A stretch of DNA of 64,000 nt from Octopus vulgaris. Lineage: Eukaryota. Under the pieces are notes generated by a model, which was given only the letters and a program-made list of their open reading frames with translations, was not told the origin of the DNA and did no database searches. The stretch lies in assembly GCA_951406725.2 (NCBI GenBank), contig OX597826.1, positions 73,904,001 through 73,968,000 on the forward strand. The letters are read 5' to 3'. A program made the translations under genes and the position numbers. The first letter of the stretch is position 1. Each line of letters starts with the position of its first letter. Below are positions 16,842 through 29,685 of this stretch, piece after piece.

Positions 16842-17160
16842 GTCGAAATTTATTTATCAAATAATAAATAATTTGAATTCGTGAATTTTATTTTAGAATT
16901 AATTTCAAATTGTTTATAAAATAAAAAGAAGTATGAAATATTATTTTAATTAAAATTTTTATTTGTTCTGCAAGTTTTATTATAATATAGTTCCGGTTCA
17001 TGTCAAAGTTCAAACGATATAAATATTGCTGATGGCGATTTGGCGAAGCAAGTGTTTTCGTTTGAATGTACGGCTTTCATGGCCAATTTTATGAATCTTA
17101 TCGACACAGATAGCAATATGGACCACATGGCGGAGATGTAAACGGAACCCTTAAGAATTC

Positions 17161-17453
17161 CTACCGATTCCTTTTATATATATCAAGAATGGTTATTTTC
17201 CTGATTCCAGCACCGTCTTATATTCTTCTTTATATTTCCTAATACTTTGATTTTCGCTAAATTCAGTCGCAGGTTTCTCGATTCAAAGCTTTTCTTCTAT
17301 GCCTGGAGTTCCAACTACATCATTCTTTCTGAATATTCATAAGAATTTGAAATCTAAATAAAATTGGTTTACTCTGAAATTATTCTTTTACTGTTTTTTA
17401 TTTGGAATCTCTAACCAAGTCTTTTGATTCAACTTTAAATTATGCACAAATTT
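17161..17453 (+). pseudogene. Internally deleted zinc-finger gene remnant (intron-like segment fused to 3' UTR-like segment)
   Basis: 17161-17305 resembles 20575-20692 (ZNF-A first intron); 17306-17453 is near-identical to 25234-25381 (ZNF-A 3' region). Confidence 0.65.
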
Positions 17454-17454
17454 C

Positions 17455-18150
17455 ACTACCCAACTGATGAAGCACTATCAGTGATTCAAGAAAAACTAGT
17501 GGCGGACACCTCTCTTAAAGAACACACCAGTATACCAATAGGAAACTTGATAGAAATGTAGACCTACTGTGTAGAAATTTCTGAGTAGATACTGATATTT
17601 ATCGACAGATGAGGGTTTAGCTATGGGTTCATGATTATCACTAAGAATAGCCAATATATACATGGAATACTTTGAGAATTTGGCTTTAGGATCAACACCA
17701 CTAAAGCCAACCCTGTGGCTTCAATACATTGATGACACCTTTATATGTTCAAGTACTGCTAGATCATATGAACTCAATAAAGCCATCCATGCAATTCACA
17801 ATGGAAAAGGCAAAAGACAAACAACTAGCATTCCTGGATGTATTAATAACATGCACTAAGCATGGGTTCAGGACATCCATAAAGCAGAAGCCAACCTTCA
17901 CTGCAAGATACCTCAACTTCAATTCCCACCATCCATACAGTATAAAGAGAGGGATTGCTCAGTGCCTAAAACATCGACCAAAGAATGTAAGTAGCAATCC
18001 TGACACACACTACAAAGGTATGATCAAGCTAAGTAACAATCTATTAAGCAACAACTACCCCAAAATCATTCAATCCATTCCAATTATGAAGAAAAGAGAG
18101 GATGAAACCCATAAAGTGACCACAGTCTATCTACCCTATGTGAAAGGCCT
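17455..18150 (+). mobile_element. Penelope-like element reverse transcriptase fragment, frameshifted
   Basis: GLAMGS..IANIYMEYFE, WLQYIDDTF, QFTMEKAKDKQLAFLDVLI, KPTFTARYLNFNSHHP are PLE RT motifs. Confidence 0.85.
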
Positions 18151-18394
18151 CTTGAAATCTTTATCCTTAGCTGCAATATTTTAAGTAAAAATGTTCTTGT
18201 TCTGTACTTTACAAGATGTAATAACTTGTCTTGTACTTATCCAGGTTTATTATCTTTAGAATATTATTTCTCTTGCTTGCATTTTTCCATGTAATCTTCA
18301 ATGCTTGGATAGTTCAATAGAAGTAGTTGAAAGCTTTTATTGGTAAGATTCCTGGTTCAATTCATGTCAGTGACTTGAATAAATATTAACATCA

Positions 18395-18562
18395 GCATAA
18401 AATACCTTAGGAATGAGAACAGAGTACCCCATTAGTCAAGTAAGGGATTGGGTTTGAACTTCCACTGGGACACCTGATGAAGGCTGGAGAGTACATCAGC
18501 CAAAATGTAGTGGTAACAACAAACAAGGTGAGGACATCTATCCTTCCAATGTAAATAATGTA
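18395..18562 (+). mobile_element. Small hammerhead-containing repeat (retrozyme/PLE terminus-like), degenerate copy
   Basis: Homologous to 63205-63371; GACAC-CTGATGA-AGGCTG..CAGCC-AAAA-TGTA-GTGG, with the GAAA box mutated. Confidence 0.6.
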
Positions 18563-19038
18563 AATTGGAAAAGGTTCAAGAAGGCTAGATTGTATGATAC
18601 TCGTGTTAGTATTGTAGTGAGATATGGCTCTTGACTACAGAAAACTTGAGATGCCTGCAAGAAAAATTGAATCTTGCAGGCTCCACAGGGTGTGTAATGT
18701 CAGAGTGCAAGTGAGACTAAGTGTACACCTTGGTGCAACTAGTCTTTGGGGTGCCACTGTAGACACTTTTACAGTGACCAATTACTGTTAGACATTGTTC
18801 TCTGTCATGTGTAGCAGGATCACAGGGTTGTGACCTGTCCTGTCCCCTTTCACCCTTCCTCAACTGTACCCTGAATAATGGTTTTGGACAGAGAGTTGTG
18901 GCAGGATACATGACCATACCTGCACCAGAAGTGGTGCCTGTCTGCTAACACATTTACTACCTTCTTGCCTTATAAAGCACTTTCTCCACAAAGTGCATAT
19001 ATCATTCCATTCATTTCCAGATAGAACAGAGCACCAGA

Positions 19039-19644
19039 GGACGAAAATGTATCACATTTTCACTTTTAACGTAAAAACAAAAGTAAACTATCCATAAATA
19101 AATCTTAGAGAAAGACGTGTTGAAATGACACCTTTCAGAAAATACAACAAAAGTATTTAACACATCGGTTTTTCATAAATTTCACAATAAAAAATCGTCT
19201 AAGTTGAATGATACTTCAAATATTTTAATGAACATTGTCTAACTAAACATAGAGGAAAATTTATGGAAAAAGTTGAAGTTGAGAGTACACGCAAGAGATC
19301 AAAAAAAATCAAGGAACTGGAGAAACTTTGTGAAGAAGAATGGGTGGAACTGCCAAAATTTTCATGCAAGAAGCTCGTTGAAAACTACAGAAAACGTTTA
19401 GAGGCTGCACACAGTCAAATTTGAAAACTGACAATAAAAGTACACAAAAACAATGTTTCTTCTATGTTTAGTTAGACAATGTTCATTAAAATATTTGAAG
19501 TATCATTCAAATTGAAGGATTTTTATATTGGAAAATTTATAAGAAAAAAAAACAAAAAACGATGTATTAAATACATGAGAAATGAAATCATTTGTTTAGA
19601 CACTATCAATTGAAAAATGTTACGAACTTTTGTCTCAACCCAAT
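19039..19644 (+). mobile_element. Internally deleted Tc1-like element with about 220-bp TIRs
   Basis: Perfect 50-bp inverted core 19204-19253 / 19461-19510; the interior encodes a Tc1 C-terminus ENLWKKLKLRVHAR..LEKLCEEEW..KLVENYRKRLEA. Confidence 0.8.
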
Positions 19645-19695
19645 ACATTATCGAATATTATCTTCTAACGCGCACTTGTTTCGGCAGCACGTATG

Positions 19696-19920
19696 TTTCT
19701 TTACTGCCCACAAGGGGCTCAACATAGAGGGGACAATCAAGAACAGACAAACGGATTAAGTCGATTAAATCGATCTCAGTGCGTAACTGGTACTTAATTT
19801 ATCGTCCCCGAAAGGATGAAAGGCAAAGTCGACCTCGGCGGAATTTGAGCTCAGAACGTAACAGCAGACGAAATACGGCAACGCATTTCGCCCGGCGTGC
19901 TAACGGTTCTGCCAGCTCGG
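19696..19920 (-). mobile_element. SINE family B copy
   Basis: Reverse complement of the SINE B consensus. Confidence 0.85.
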
Positions 19921-20744
19921 GCTGGAACATCGCTGCTGTAGTTGTTCAGCCCAAGTAAAGCCACGATTGACGAAGAACAACAATATTCTATTAACATTTC
20001 CGTTTCATTAATTATTTTTTCTTTTATCCCCTAAAAGCGCTGGTTAAATGGTACATTATATCGGAATGGCTACGAAACCGTGGTTAGCAATAGATCTCCA
20101 AGTCTATTCATTTGTTTCCTTTATTTAATTGTAATTAATGTCACTTGACAGGTTCTCTTCTTTCGTCGAGCAATCCACCCGTAACCATCTCCGCGGATGA
20201 TCTTCTCATTCTGTTAGTCGACTGTCAACGATACATAAAAGAAACAGTAGACGTGAGTATTTGTCATGCTTAAACTATTTAAAATATTTCCATAACAGAT
20301 TTTCGGAATACTTCTTCGTGAATGGAAAGAGCAAAACACAAGAATACTAATTGAAAAGTCTCTCAATTCTTTGAATTACGACACAGAAAAAAAAAAAAAA
20401 AATTTATCCAAAGATTTCAGAGTTCTTTTTTTTTTCTAATAATTCTTCCCCTAATTGTGTGTCCTTTTCCTTCTCGATCGCTAATCATACTGATTGCTAT
20501 TTCGATTGCTAATATATTTAATTGATATTTCGAAACTCAGCCATTTTCAATATTTCACCGAATACAATTACTCCCTATTGCTTTTCTATATATCGAGTAT
20601 GGTTATTTCTCTGATTGCAGCACTATCTTGTCTTCTTTATATTTACTAAATCCAGCTGGAGGTTTCTCGATTCAAAGCTTTGCATCTATGCATGCAATTT
20701 CTTTTCTAATTCTACTATAGATTCTGCAATAAGAAGTCTGTGAA

Positions 20745-21050
20745 CAATTTTAATGAGATCACACGAGCAGGTGGTCTTGAACTGTGTAATGGCTTGAAGG
20801 ACCATAATGGACAAAATGGATTTGAGGAGAGTGAGTCTTGATGCAATCCCATATTCTCACTGAATTCATAGCTATACTCTTTATTAACTCTCACTTTGCT
20901 GACAGCACCTCTGTACATGGCTCTCACAAAGCATCATTCATTTACCCCAAACTTAGTGACCACCAAATAACAACTCCAATCAAAGCACCTCTCCAGCTCA
21001 ACAAATGCTAAGTATAGGTGTCTTTTTTGCTCACCAGATACTTCTGCATT
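20745..21050 (-). mobile_element. RTE-type LINE RT fragment
   Basis: AMYRGAVSKVRVNKEYS..GLHQ, preceded by degenerate YLAFVELEK-like sequence. Confidence 0.6.
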
Positions 21051-21088
21051 ACTTCTATATAAACTCTCTTGCTACAACTCTCTCTCTC

Positions 21089-21128
<40 letters not shown>

Positions 21129-22702
21129 TAATCTATATAACATATGCAATGTTTGCATCATCTTTCTCTTGAAATTGTGGGCAGTGATGCTACTGTGCCA
21201 GATACTGGGTATGAAATACTCTTATACAGTTGATTAGCCCATATCCCATTCTCCTAGATATTTAAGGCATCTCAGCTTCCGTAATTTGTTTGTAGCTATT
21301 GAAACATTCATTACAAGAAAAATTCCCCTGTGGTCATCTCTTTTTCCTTATTTCAAAGTCATGAAATATTCCTAGTCATAGTTAGAATTAGTAGTAGTCT
21401 TATGGGTCCACATTTTTGTATCTGATCATCCATCCTGAATCCAAACTATTTGACCATTTCATGGATAGTCCTTATTGCTTTTTGCTTTCATTATTGCCTA
21501 TATGTCAGCCAAAGCGTTTACTGCACCCAAGTTTTTTTCCTCACCCTTAAGATTCACAGAAGCATTCAGCGAAGCAACTGTAAATTATGTGATTCCATTT
21601 ACAATTTTTGCTTTGCTCATTTTGGTTAATTACAGGTTAATCAAAGATATGAGTGATTATAAATCAAGGATAATCTGTTTATATTTATTTAGAATATTGC
21701 ATATATTTATTTATTTATGTACTATGATATAGAAGATGTACACAGTATCCCTGCATATCATAAGGGGTAACTAAAAGGGGTTTGTATCAGAAAGAGTATA
21801 TTGTTGTAAAACTTTGATGACATAGAAAAGCTGACGTAAAAATGATAATGATAATGAGTATGTAATTATCTGCTACAGTATGTCTTCATTCTAATGTTCA
21901 CCTTTCCATGATTATATGGACATTATTCATTGGGCAGATTTTTTTACAGCCCCTTCCTGTCACCAACCCTCACTTATATATTTCCCTTAACCAGCCATGT
22001 ATTTATGGAGGACTAGAAACAAATAATGTTGTTTGCTTGGTAGTGACACTTGCTTCCAACTATCAAGACAAGGAGACATTTCTTTTCTTATGTATGATAT
22101 GTATCTCTATTAGATGTTTATCTCTGCTCTGTTATGTATGAAATAATGTTGTGATACTCTGGACAAGTTCAGTTGTATTCTAAAATTTATCACCATAGAA
22201 ATGTGAATTTTTGGTGATTCTCTACAGTTTAATTATTCTTTATATCTTATACTGTTTCTCTATTATTTCAGGTCCTTGATGAAACTGGTATCAACAAATT
22301 ACTTTAGATCAGAAGCATCATCAATATTTATAATTTTTTGAAGACAAAGGATGTTATACAGAATAATATAATAATATTTATTTAATCAGGAGAATTATGG
22401 GGAAATTCTTGGATTCTAGGCAAGATTATTAGGAACATTTGTGAAAGTCACTGTCTGGAAAAAAACCAAAAAAAAACAAGATAATTTTGCATTCTAAATG
22501 GATATATCTATAAAGGACTTTTCAACATCTTCAGATATTTGTAAAGGTCAGAGGTGATGGAAATATATTTTAAAGAATATTTGTTACATGTAAATTATTA
22601 AAAGAAAAGCAAGTGAAGTATCCAAATATTGTGGAGAAAGAAGAAAAATGATGGTGAAATGATTTAAAAGATTGATTTTGGTTTTCTTTTTGTTCCGAAG
22701 AA

Positions 22703-23494
22703 ATGGCAAAAAACTCGGGAAAGACTTTGTATCAGTGTGATATTTGTGAAAAGTCCTTCACTAGAAAAGCTCGTCTTACTATTCATATACGTATTCATAC
22801 GGGAGAGAAACCATATCACTGTGATATCTGTGGTAGACACTTCTCTCGAACTGATGATTTAATTATTCATAAACGTGTTCATACAGGAGAAAAACCATAT
22901 GGATGCGAAATCTGTGGTCAAGCGTTCACTCGTAGAGATAGTTTGACCGAACACTGGCGTATCCACACAGGAGAGAAACCTTATCAGTGTGATATGTGCA
23001 CTAAGTCCTTCTCTAAACGTTCTAACTTAGCTGATCACAAACGCATTCATACTGGAGAAAAACCATTTCAATGCGATTTCTGTGGTAGATCATTCAATCA
23101 AAGTAATCAGCTAACTAAACACAAACGTGTTCACACAGGAGAAAAGCCGTATCCCTGTGATATCTGTGACAAATCATTCTCCCGAAATGATGAGTTAACT
23201 GCTCACAAACATGTTCATACAGGAGAGAAACCATATGTGTGTAATTTTTGTGGTAAATCATTCTCTCGAAATGGTGACTTGACTGCTCATAAACGCATTC
23301 ATACTGGAGAAAAACGATTTCATTGTGATATCTGTGGTAAAGCATTTATTGAAGGTAATATGTTAAAGAGACACATACGGATTCACACTGGGGAAAAACC
23401 ATATCAGTGTGATATCTGTGGTAAATCCTTCTCCCAAAGTACTGCTGTAACTGTCCATAAACGTGTTCATACTAAAGAAAAAGCATATCACTGA
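22703..23494 (+). CDS. C2H2 zinc-finger protein ZNF-A, 263 aa, 9 tandem fingers, single coding exon
   Basis: Nine CxxC-12-HxxxH units joined by TGEKPY-type linkers; upstream acceptor tattatttcag| at 22271; likely non-coding exon ending at donor gtgagt 20253; no effector domain visible. Confidence 0.93.
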   Translation: MAKNSGKTLYQCDICEKSFTRKARLTIHIRIHTGEKPYHCDICGRHFSRTDDLIIHKRVHTGEKPYGCEICGQAFTRRDSLTEHWRIHTGEKPYQCDMCTKSFSKRSNLADHKRIHTGEKPFQCDFCGRSFNQSNQLTKHKRVHTGEKPYPCDICDKSFSRNDELTAHKHVHTGEKPYVCNFCGKSFSRNGDLTAHKRIHTGEKRFHCDICGKAFIEGNMLKRHIRIHTGEKPYQCDICGKSFSQSTAVTVHKRVHTKEKAYH

Positions 23495-23667
23495 GACAGC
23501 CGTGGTAAACCATTCCCCCACAGTAATCGGTTAACTAAGCACAAATGTATTTGTACAGTATAAAAACCGTCTCAATCTTTTGGTTTAACTAATTACATAT
23601 GTATTTTTAAATGCGACAAACTACATCACTGATATTTGTGGTAATCATGCTCACTAAAAAGTCTCCA

Positions 23668-24720
23668 ACAAGCAAAACCATTTTCACCACTTCCAGACTT
23701 CTTCATGCTCTGAAAACCACTTGAAATCACGTCCTCGGAACCATAGCTTCTGTGCAAGAACTCCAGATACTGCCTCCTCACAATGGTCCCAAAAGTACAT
23801 GACATTAGACTTGAGTCGTGTTCTGTTCACTGATGAAACCAGGGCAACCCTTGATGAACCTGACGGTTGGGGAAAAGGGTGGGTCTATTTTGGAGATGAG
23901 CATCACCAGCGTTTACAACATCAACAACAGGGTGTCAGAGTCATGTGCGAGCTGGTATCATTGGAACAGATATATTAGCCCAGTCAAGGTGCCTGAAGAA
24001 TTTATGGTGATGCAGCCAACTTCTGCAGTCTCCTGAATGAGGTCTTGGATCCTTGGCTGTCACTTCTAAGGAATCTCATAGTCATGCGTGACAACGCTCC
24101 CTCCCACTCTGCTAGGACCACCCAAACATTCCTAGGGTCTTGCAGCATAAAAGGTGAAGGGTTGATGGTGTGGATGCTAACAACTCTGGATCTCAACCCT
24201 ATTGAAAATCTGTAATCCATCATTAAACAAGATGTTTATGCTGATGGACACCAATTTACATCAAAAGATGTCTTTTGGGTGATCATCAAAGTTACAGCAG
24301 AGGCAGTACAACCTGCTACTATAAAGAAATTGAGAGATTCCATGACTATTAGGGTTTTTGAGGTTACCTATCAAAGTAGCATTCATGTGGCTAAATAATC
24401 CCTTATGTCAATAAATGTTATAATAATATTATGGATTTCTGTTGAATATAGACTCGATGTATGCTTAATATGTATCATTACCTTTCACTTTCTCAAGAAA
24501 AAAAATGTCTTGATGGGATATTTGCATTCAAAAGCTATTAGTGTGGTTCACCCAAAAATTGAAGAATCTGTAATAAAAATGAAAGGACATTACACGGAAT
24601 AGTGAAAACATAACAATGGTGTTGCCATAGTAAGCAAACCAGCTCGGAATAGTTTTATCAAAATCAATTCACAGGAAACCGCAAAATCTTAAATTTCATT
24701 CCTAGGCTATTAGTGTGGTT
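23668..24720 (+). mobile_element. Degenerate Tc1-like transposase relic in the ZNF-A 3' region
   Basis: VLFTDETRATLDEPDGW, MRDNAPSHSA, LDLNPIENL motifs with stops and frameshifts; absent from the homologous ZNF-B 3' region. Confidence 0.8.
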
Positions 24721-24756
24721 CTGTGTGTGTGTGTGTGTATATATATATGTATATAT

Positions 24757-24908
24757 AGGGAGAGTTCACGAAAAAAACAAAAGACGAAGACAGGTGGTGT
24801 ACTAAATAAACAGATGTATTAGTATAACACTCAGGAATAGAAAAAGTCTTTTACGTTTCGAGCCTATGCTCTTCTACAGAAAAGGACACAGAAAAAACAA
24901 GGAGAGAA
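24757..24908 (-). mobile_element. Microsatellite-embedded small repeat with a hammerhead-like fold (copy 1)
   Basis: Near-identical to 29490-29685; minus strand CTGTAGA-A-GAGC-ATAG-GCTC-GAAACGTA-AAAG; flanked by (TA)n/(TG)n. Confidence 0.6.
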
Positions 24909-26485
24909 TATATACATATTCCGGCATGTATAGTATGTACATTCAGGTGTATTTTTGTTTTATATTTATTGTATTTATTCTATGAAGAGACTAATTCTGT
25001 TGCTAACATCTATAATTTCATGTATGACATGTTCCCTTCTTGAATTTATGGGGTAACCTGATGGTCATTTGCAAATGTCATTGTGGTCTTAAACTTTACT
25101 AAACACAAAGGGTGTGGAATAATATTTGAATTATCACCAACAACGTGTTTTTCTGTCCATTGTCAATGCTGAAATGTGTTGGACCACATTTTCTCATTTA
25201 TTTTGTTATTTCAAGTGGAAGTCTGAAATTCCAGAGTTCCAACTGCATCATTCTTTCTGAATATTCATAAGAATTTGAAATCTAAATAAAATTGGTTTAC
25301 TCTGAAATTATTCTTTTACTATTTTTTATTTGGAATCTCTAACCAAGTCTTGTAATTCAACTGTAAATTATGCACAAATTTGATCAATGTATGTTGAAAG
25401 TTGCACATTTCTCATCTGATTTTTAACCGTTTATATAATCTATCAACATAATTTTATGTTAAATATTGTTTGCTCTCAATTTTGAATCAACATTATTTCA
25501 CACTTTTGTACAGACATTCTCCAAAATTTGTATTTGTGTTGTCCCCCACCAAAAGCTGTACAATTTTCCATGTGGAGCCTTAATTCTGTAAGATTTACTT
25601 TGTGAAACCTTACTACAGCTTCTGAAGGTCCATTTTGAAGCAATTTCATTCACAATAACTTCGTCAATCAACCTTTTCATTGGGGAAAGGATATTAGAAA
25701 ACTGAAGAGAAAATGTTTTGTACTTTGTGATTTCCTGCATTGAGAGACATGGTCATAGAAAACAAAAAACACATTTAATCAATTGACAGACTATTATTGC
25801 TCATCATAGCATACGAAAATTTACAGGTTTAGGATCTGAAGTCTTTTCAGACAACCAATAGAGCTGAATGCTTGATGATACTGGACAGCGTGGAAGGTCA
25901 TTCCAATGAATATAGGACATTGAGAGGCTTGGACACAGTGCAAATGCAGTCATTCAAAAAAATGTCAGCATGTTTCATGAGTGATTAGGAGAGAATGCAG
26001 AGTGTTCCAGGGCTTCCTCTCTACAACTTTGCAGTGCACCCCTATCACTGATGTGAGGACCCAGCTGTTTTGACTGACTGATATTCAACCAGAATATCAG
26101 AATTTCAAGATCATCACCTCTCCAGCCAGGTTTCAGGTATATACTCTGCAGTTGCCAACAACATGAACCTGCTCTACCCCAACATCTTCTCTCATACCTT
26201 AACTCCCCCATCTAATGTAAGGATACCCCACCATTCCATTTCTTGGGCTTTGTAGATTTGCAAGCTGCATAGCAGCCTCAGTGCAGGTCCTGTGTACAAA
26301 GCACTGAGTACACACAGTAAAAGTGGGTGGCATTAGGTAAGGTATCCATCTGTAGAAACCATACCAAGTCAGAGATTGGTGCAGTCTTTACTTACCAGTT
26401 CCTGTCAAACTGTCCAACCCATGCCAGCATGGAAAATGGAATTGAGTGATGATGAGGCTACACTTCTCAGAGAATGCAAGCATAA

Positions 26486-26884
26486 GCGCAGGAGTGGCTG
26501 TGTGGTAAGTAGCTTGTTTACCAACCACATGGTTCTGGGTTCAGTCCCCCTGCGTGGCGCCTTGGGCAAGTGTCTTCTACTATAGCCTCGGGCCAACCAA
26601 AGCCTTGTGAGTGGATTTGGTAGACAGAAACTGAAAGAAGCCCGTCGTATATATGTATATATATATATATGCGTGTGTGTCTGTGTTTGTCCCCTAGCAC
26701 TGCTTGACAACCGATGCTGGTGTGTTTATGTCCCCGTTACTTAGCGGTTCGGCAAAAGAGATCGATAGAATAAGTACTGGGCTTACAAAAGAATAAGTCC
26801 CGGGGTCGAGTTGCTCGATTAAAGGCAGTGCTCCAGCATGGCCGCAGTCAAAAATGACTAAAACAAGTAAAAGAGTAAAGAGTA
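26486..26884 (+). mobile_element. SINE family A, full length
   Basis: Head, (TA)n, tail and (GAGTAAA)n end. Confidence 0.88.
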
Positions 26885-27392
26885 TAAAGTGAAGAGAACA
26901 GTAAAGACATTGACACACAGAAATGTAATGCAGACATAATGTAAAGCAAAGGGAGTGAGTATTTATGGCTCGTGTTTAATTACGAAATCATCATCATCAT
27001 CTTCATCATTTAACATTTGTCTTCCATGCTGTTATGGGTTGGCCAGTTTGACAGGGGCTGGCAAGCCAGTGGACTGTCTGGTTTCACATGGTTTTTATGG
27101 CTGAATGGTATTCCTAATGCCAACCACTTTACAGAGTGGGCCAGATGCTTTTCACATGTGACCAACACTAGTGAGGTCAATCCTTGATAAATGTTCAAAA
27201 GTAGGAGGAAAGTTCACACTAAAATGTTACCATTTTGAAGTCAAGGAAAGTGTATTGTGCATCTCATGATGGAAAGCAAAAACTGGATTAAAAACTAAAG
27301 GTTTCTCTAGAAACTCATAAATTTCCATGTTGGGTGAGATTTTATAACATATTACATTTTGCAGTAAAAGAATCTTCTAGACTTTGTTAGAA

Positions 27393-27780
27393 TCATCGTT
27401 TAACGTCCGGTTTCCATGCTAGCATGGGTTGGATGATTTGACTGAGGGCTGGCGAACCAGATGGCTGCACCAAGCTCCAATCTTGATCAGGCAGAGTTTC
27501 TATAGCTGGATGCCCTTCCTAACGCCAACCACTCCGAGAGTGTAGTGGGTCCTTTTAGATGCCACTGGAACAGGGCCAGTCAGGCGGTACTGGCAACGAT
27601 CTCACACGAATCTTTTTACACATGCCACCGGTACAGGTACCAGTAAGGCGACGCTAGTAATGATCACGCTCGAATGGTGCCTTTTACGTGTCACTGGCAC
27701 GGAAGCCAGTTAGCCGCTCTGGCAATGATCACGCTCGAATGCTGCTCCCTACTCGCATGGGGCACAAGTGCCAGTAAGGT
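27393..27780 (-). mobile_element. SINE family C copy with internal tandem subrepeats
   Basis: TCATCGTTTAACGTCC...; repeated GATCACGCTCGAATG / GCCAGTAAGG units; similar to 57079-57510. Confidence 0.8.
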
Positions 27781-28101
27781 GAGAAAGTTAGTACTTTTTA
27801 GGATTATAAAAAAATGTGTTGTTGATGAGTAATGACACAGTCATGGATTTCAAATGACTGACAAAAATCACCCAGGTAGTGTTCATCTAAAAATGGAAAT
27901 TGTTGGGCATTTGGACACAGCATACCAGGTTTGATCCCCAGACTGCTAATAGTGTGTGAGAGATAGAAAATGTAAAGTCTGCTAAAAGCACTCGTGGACT
28001 AGCTCTGGTTCTCAATCATTTTCCTATCAACCCCTTTGATCTATTTTACTTATGAGAAGAGGACCCTCATAGCTATTCAATGTCTAAAAACTCCTATTAT
28101 A

Positions 28102-28610
28102 TTAGGTTGAGGAAAAAGTTTGTGCACCAAATTTGTGCTGAATGATCGTGCCATCAATGCTGAACTTTACTGCAAGCAACTTCATCGAGTCTATGATGCG
28201 CTGGTTGAAAAGTACTCAAGGCTTGTTCTTTGAAAATGCACTTTGTTTCAACAAGACAATGCAAAGTCGCAGACTGCCAGAAAGTCAACCAACAAGATTG
28301 AAGAATTGGACAGAGTAGAAGTTCTGTTGTATCCAGCCTATAGACCAGATGTTGCCAATCAATGCAGCACTTTATGAAAGGTCACTGATTTGAGTCACTC
28401 AATGAAGTTGAAGAAGCTTGTCAAAAGTTTTTCGCTTCTAAGCTGAAGGATTGGTACTTTGACCAAATCCAAAAGCTTGCAGATCATTGGCAGAAGGTTG
28501 TGGAAAATGATGGTTTTTGTTTTGAAGAACAGTTGTTGTTTTTGAATAAATTCTTGCATAAAAAATCATTATTTTAACATGGTGCACAAACTTTTTCCTC
28601 ATCAACCTAG
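28102..28610 (+). mobile_element. Internally deleted mariner element
   Basis: TIRs TTAGGTTGAGGAAAAAGTTTGTGCACC / GGTGCACAAACTTTTTCCTCATCAACCTAG with TA TSD; interior INAELYCKQL..LFQQDNAK..YPAYRPDVA..WQKVVENDG. Confidence 0.88.
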
Positions 28611-29457
28611 TACCTTTGTGATTAAATATTATTAGGAAACGTATAGAAAAAATGTTTATTTTGTGTATTGTAGAAATATAAAGTTTATTGCACATTAATT
28701 TTAACAACAAAATCATAGGTACACACACAAATATATCGAAAGTAATAAGAAAGCTTTGGAAATTTGAGAATGCATTAAATTGTTTATAACACATATATTT
28801 GAATGAAACAATTTTGTTTTTTAACACAGGAGATATATATATATACAAGTGTAATTCTTTTTCCCAAATAGATTGCACTTTATATTCGAGGCTTTGGCAA
28901 AATTGTAGGGTGTTATTCAGACAGTCAACTCTGAGTCCACTGCAGCTTATAGCAGAAACACTTGTAAGCTAATGAGGTTCATAAAATAATTTTTTCCCTT
29001 TGTTATACATGCACACACACACACACACACACGTGTTCTTGTTTGTCTCCTGTCCTAGCTTGATTTACGCGTTCACCACCACAACCACCTCGTTTAGGCT
29101 TAGCAGCCCTTCCTGTTTGTGCTACCAATTTTAACCCTCCATAAAATTCCAAATTTTATTTCATTTGCTTTGTGGGAGCAACTGTTTTATTGAAAGCATA
29201 GATTGTTGTTAAATGCTCGTAATACGAGAGTAGAAAAACATCCAACAACTGATGAAGATATATATATAATAAAAATAAAATATATATATATATATATATA
29301 AATTTATAAACATAAATTTTTCAACTTTAAATTTAAATAATTTAAATTTTGAATTTTATATTTTATATATTATATTAATTAATTTTATTTCTATGTTTTG
29401 GTTTATGTTTTTCACAATTTGATTTGCCTAATAGTGGTTTTATCTCTAATTTAATTT

Positions 29458-29489
<32 letters not shown>

Positions 29490-29493
<4 letters not shown>

Positions 29494-29685
29494 AGAGTTT
29501 ACGAAAAAAACAACAAAAGACAAAGACAGGTGGTGTACAAAACAAACAGATGTATTAGTATAACGCTCAGGAATAGAAAAAGTCTTTTACGTTTCGAGCC
29601 TATGCTCTTCTACAGAAAGGGGCGAAGAAAACAAGGAGAGAAAAAAATGTGTGTAGTGGCTAACTATCTATCATGGCATCTGAAA
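29490..29685 (-). mobile_element. Microsatellite-embedded small repeat with a hammerhead-like fold (copy 2)
   Basis: (TA)n on both sides; fold at 29584-29619. Confidence 0.62.

Noticed and set aside
17461-17490. CTGATGAAGCAC...GTG hammerhead-like start
   Set aside because: No GAAA box; it is Penelope RT coding sequence (PTDEALSVI).
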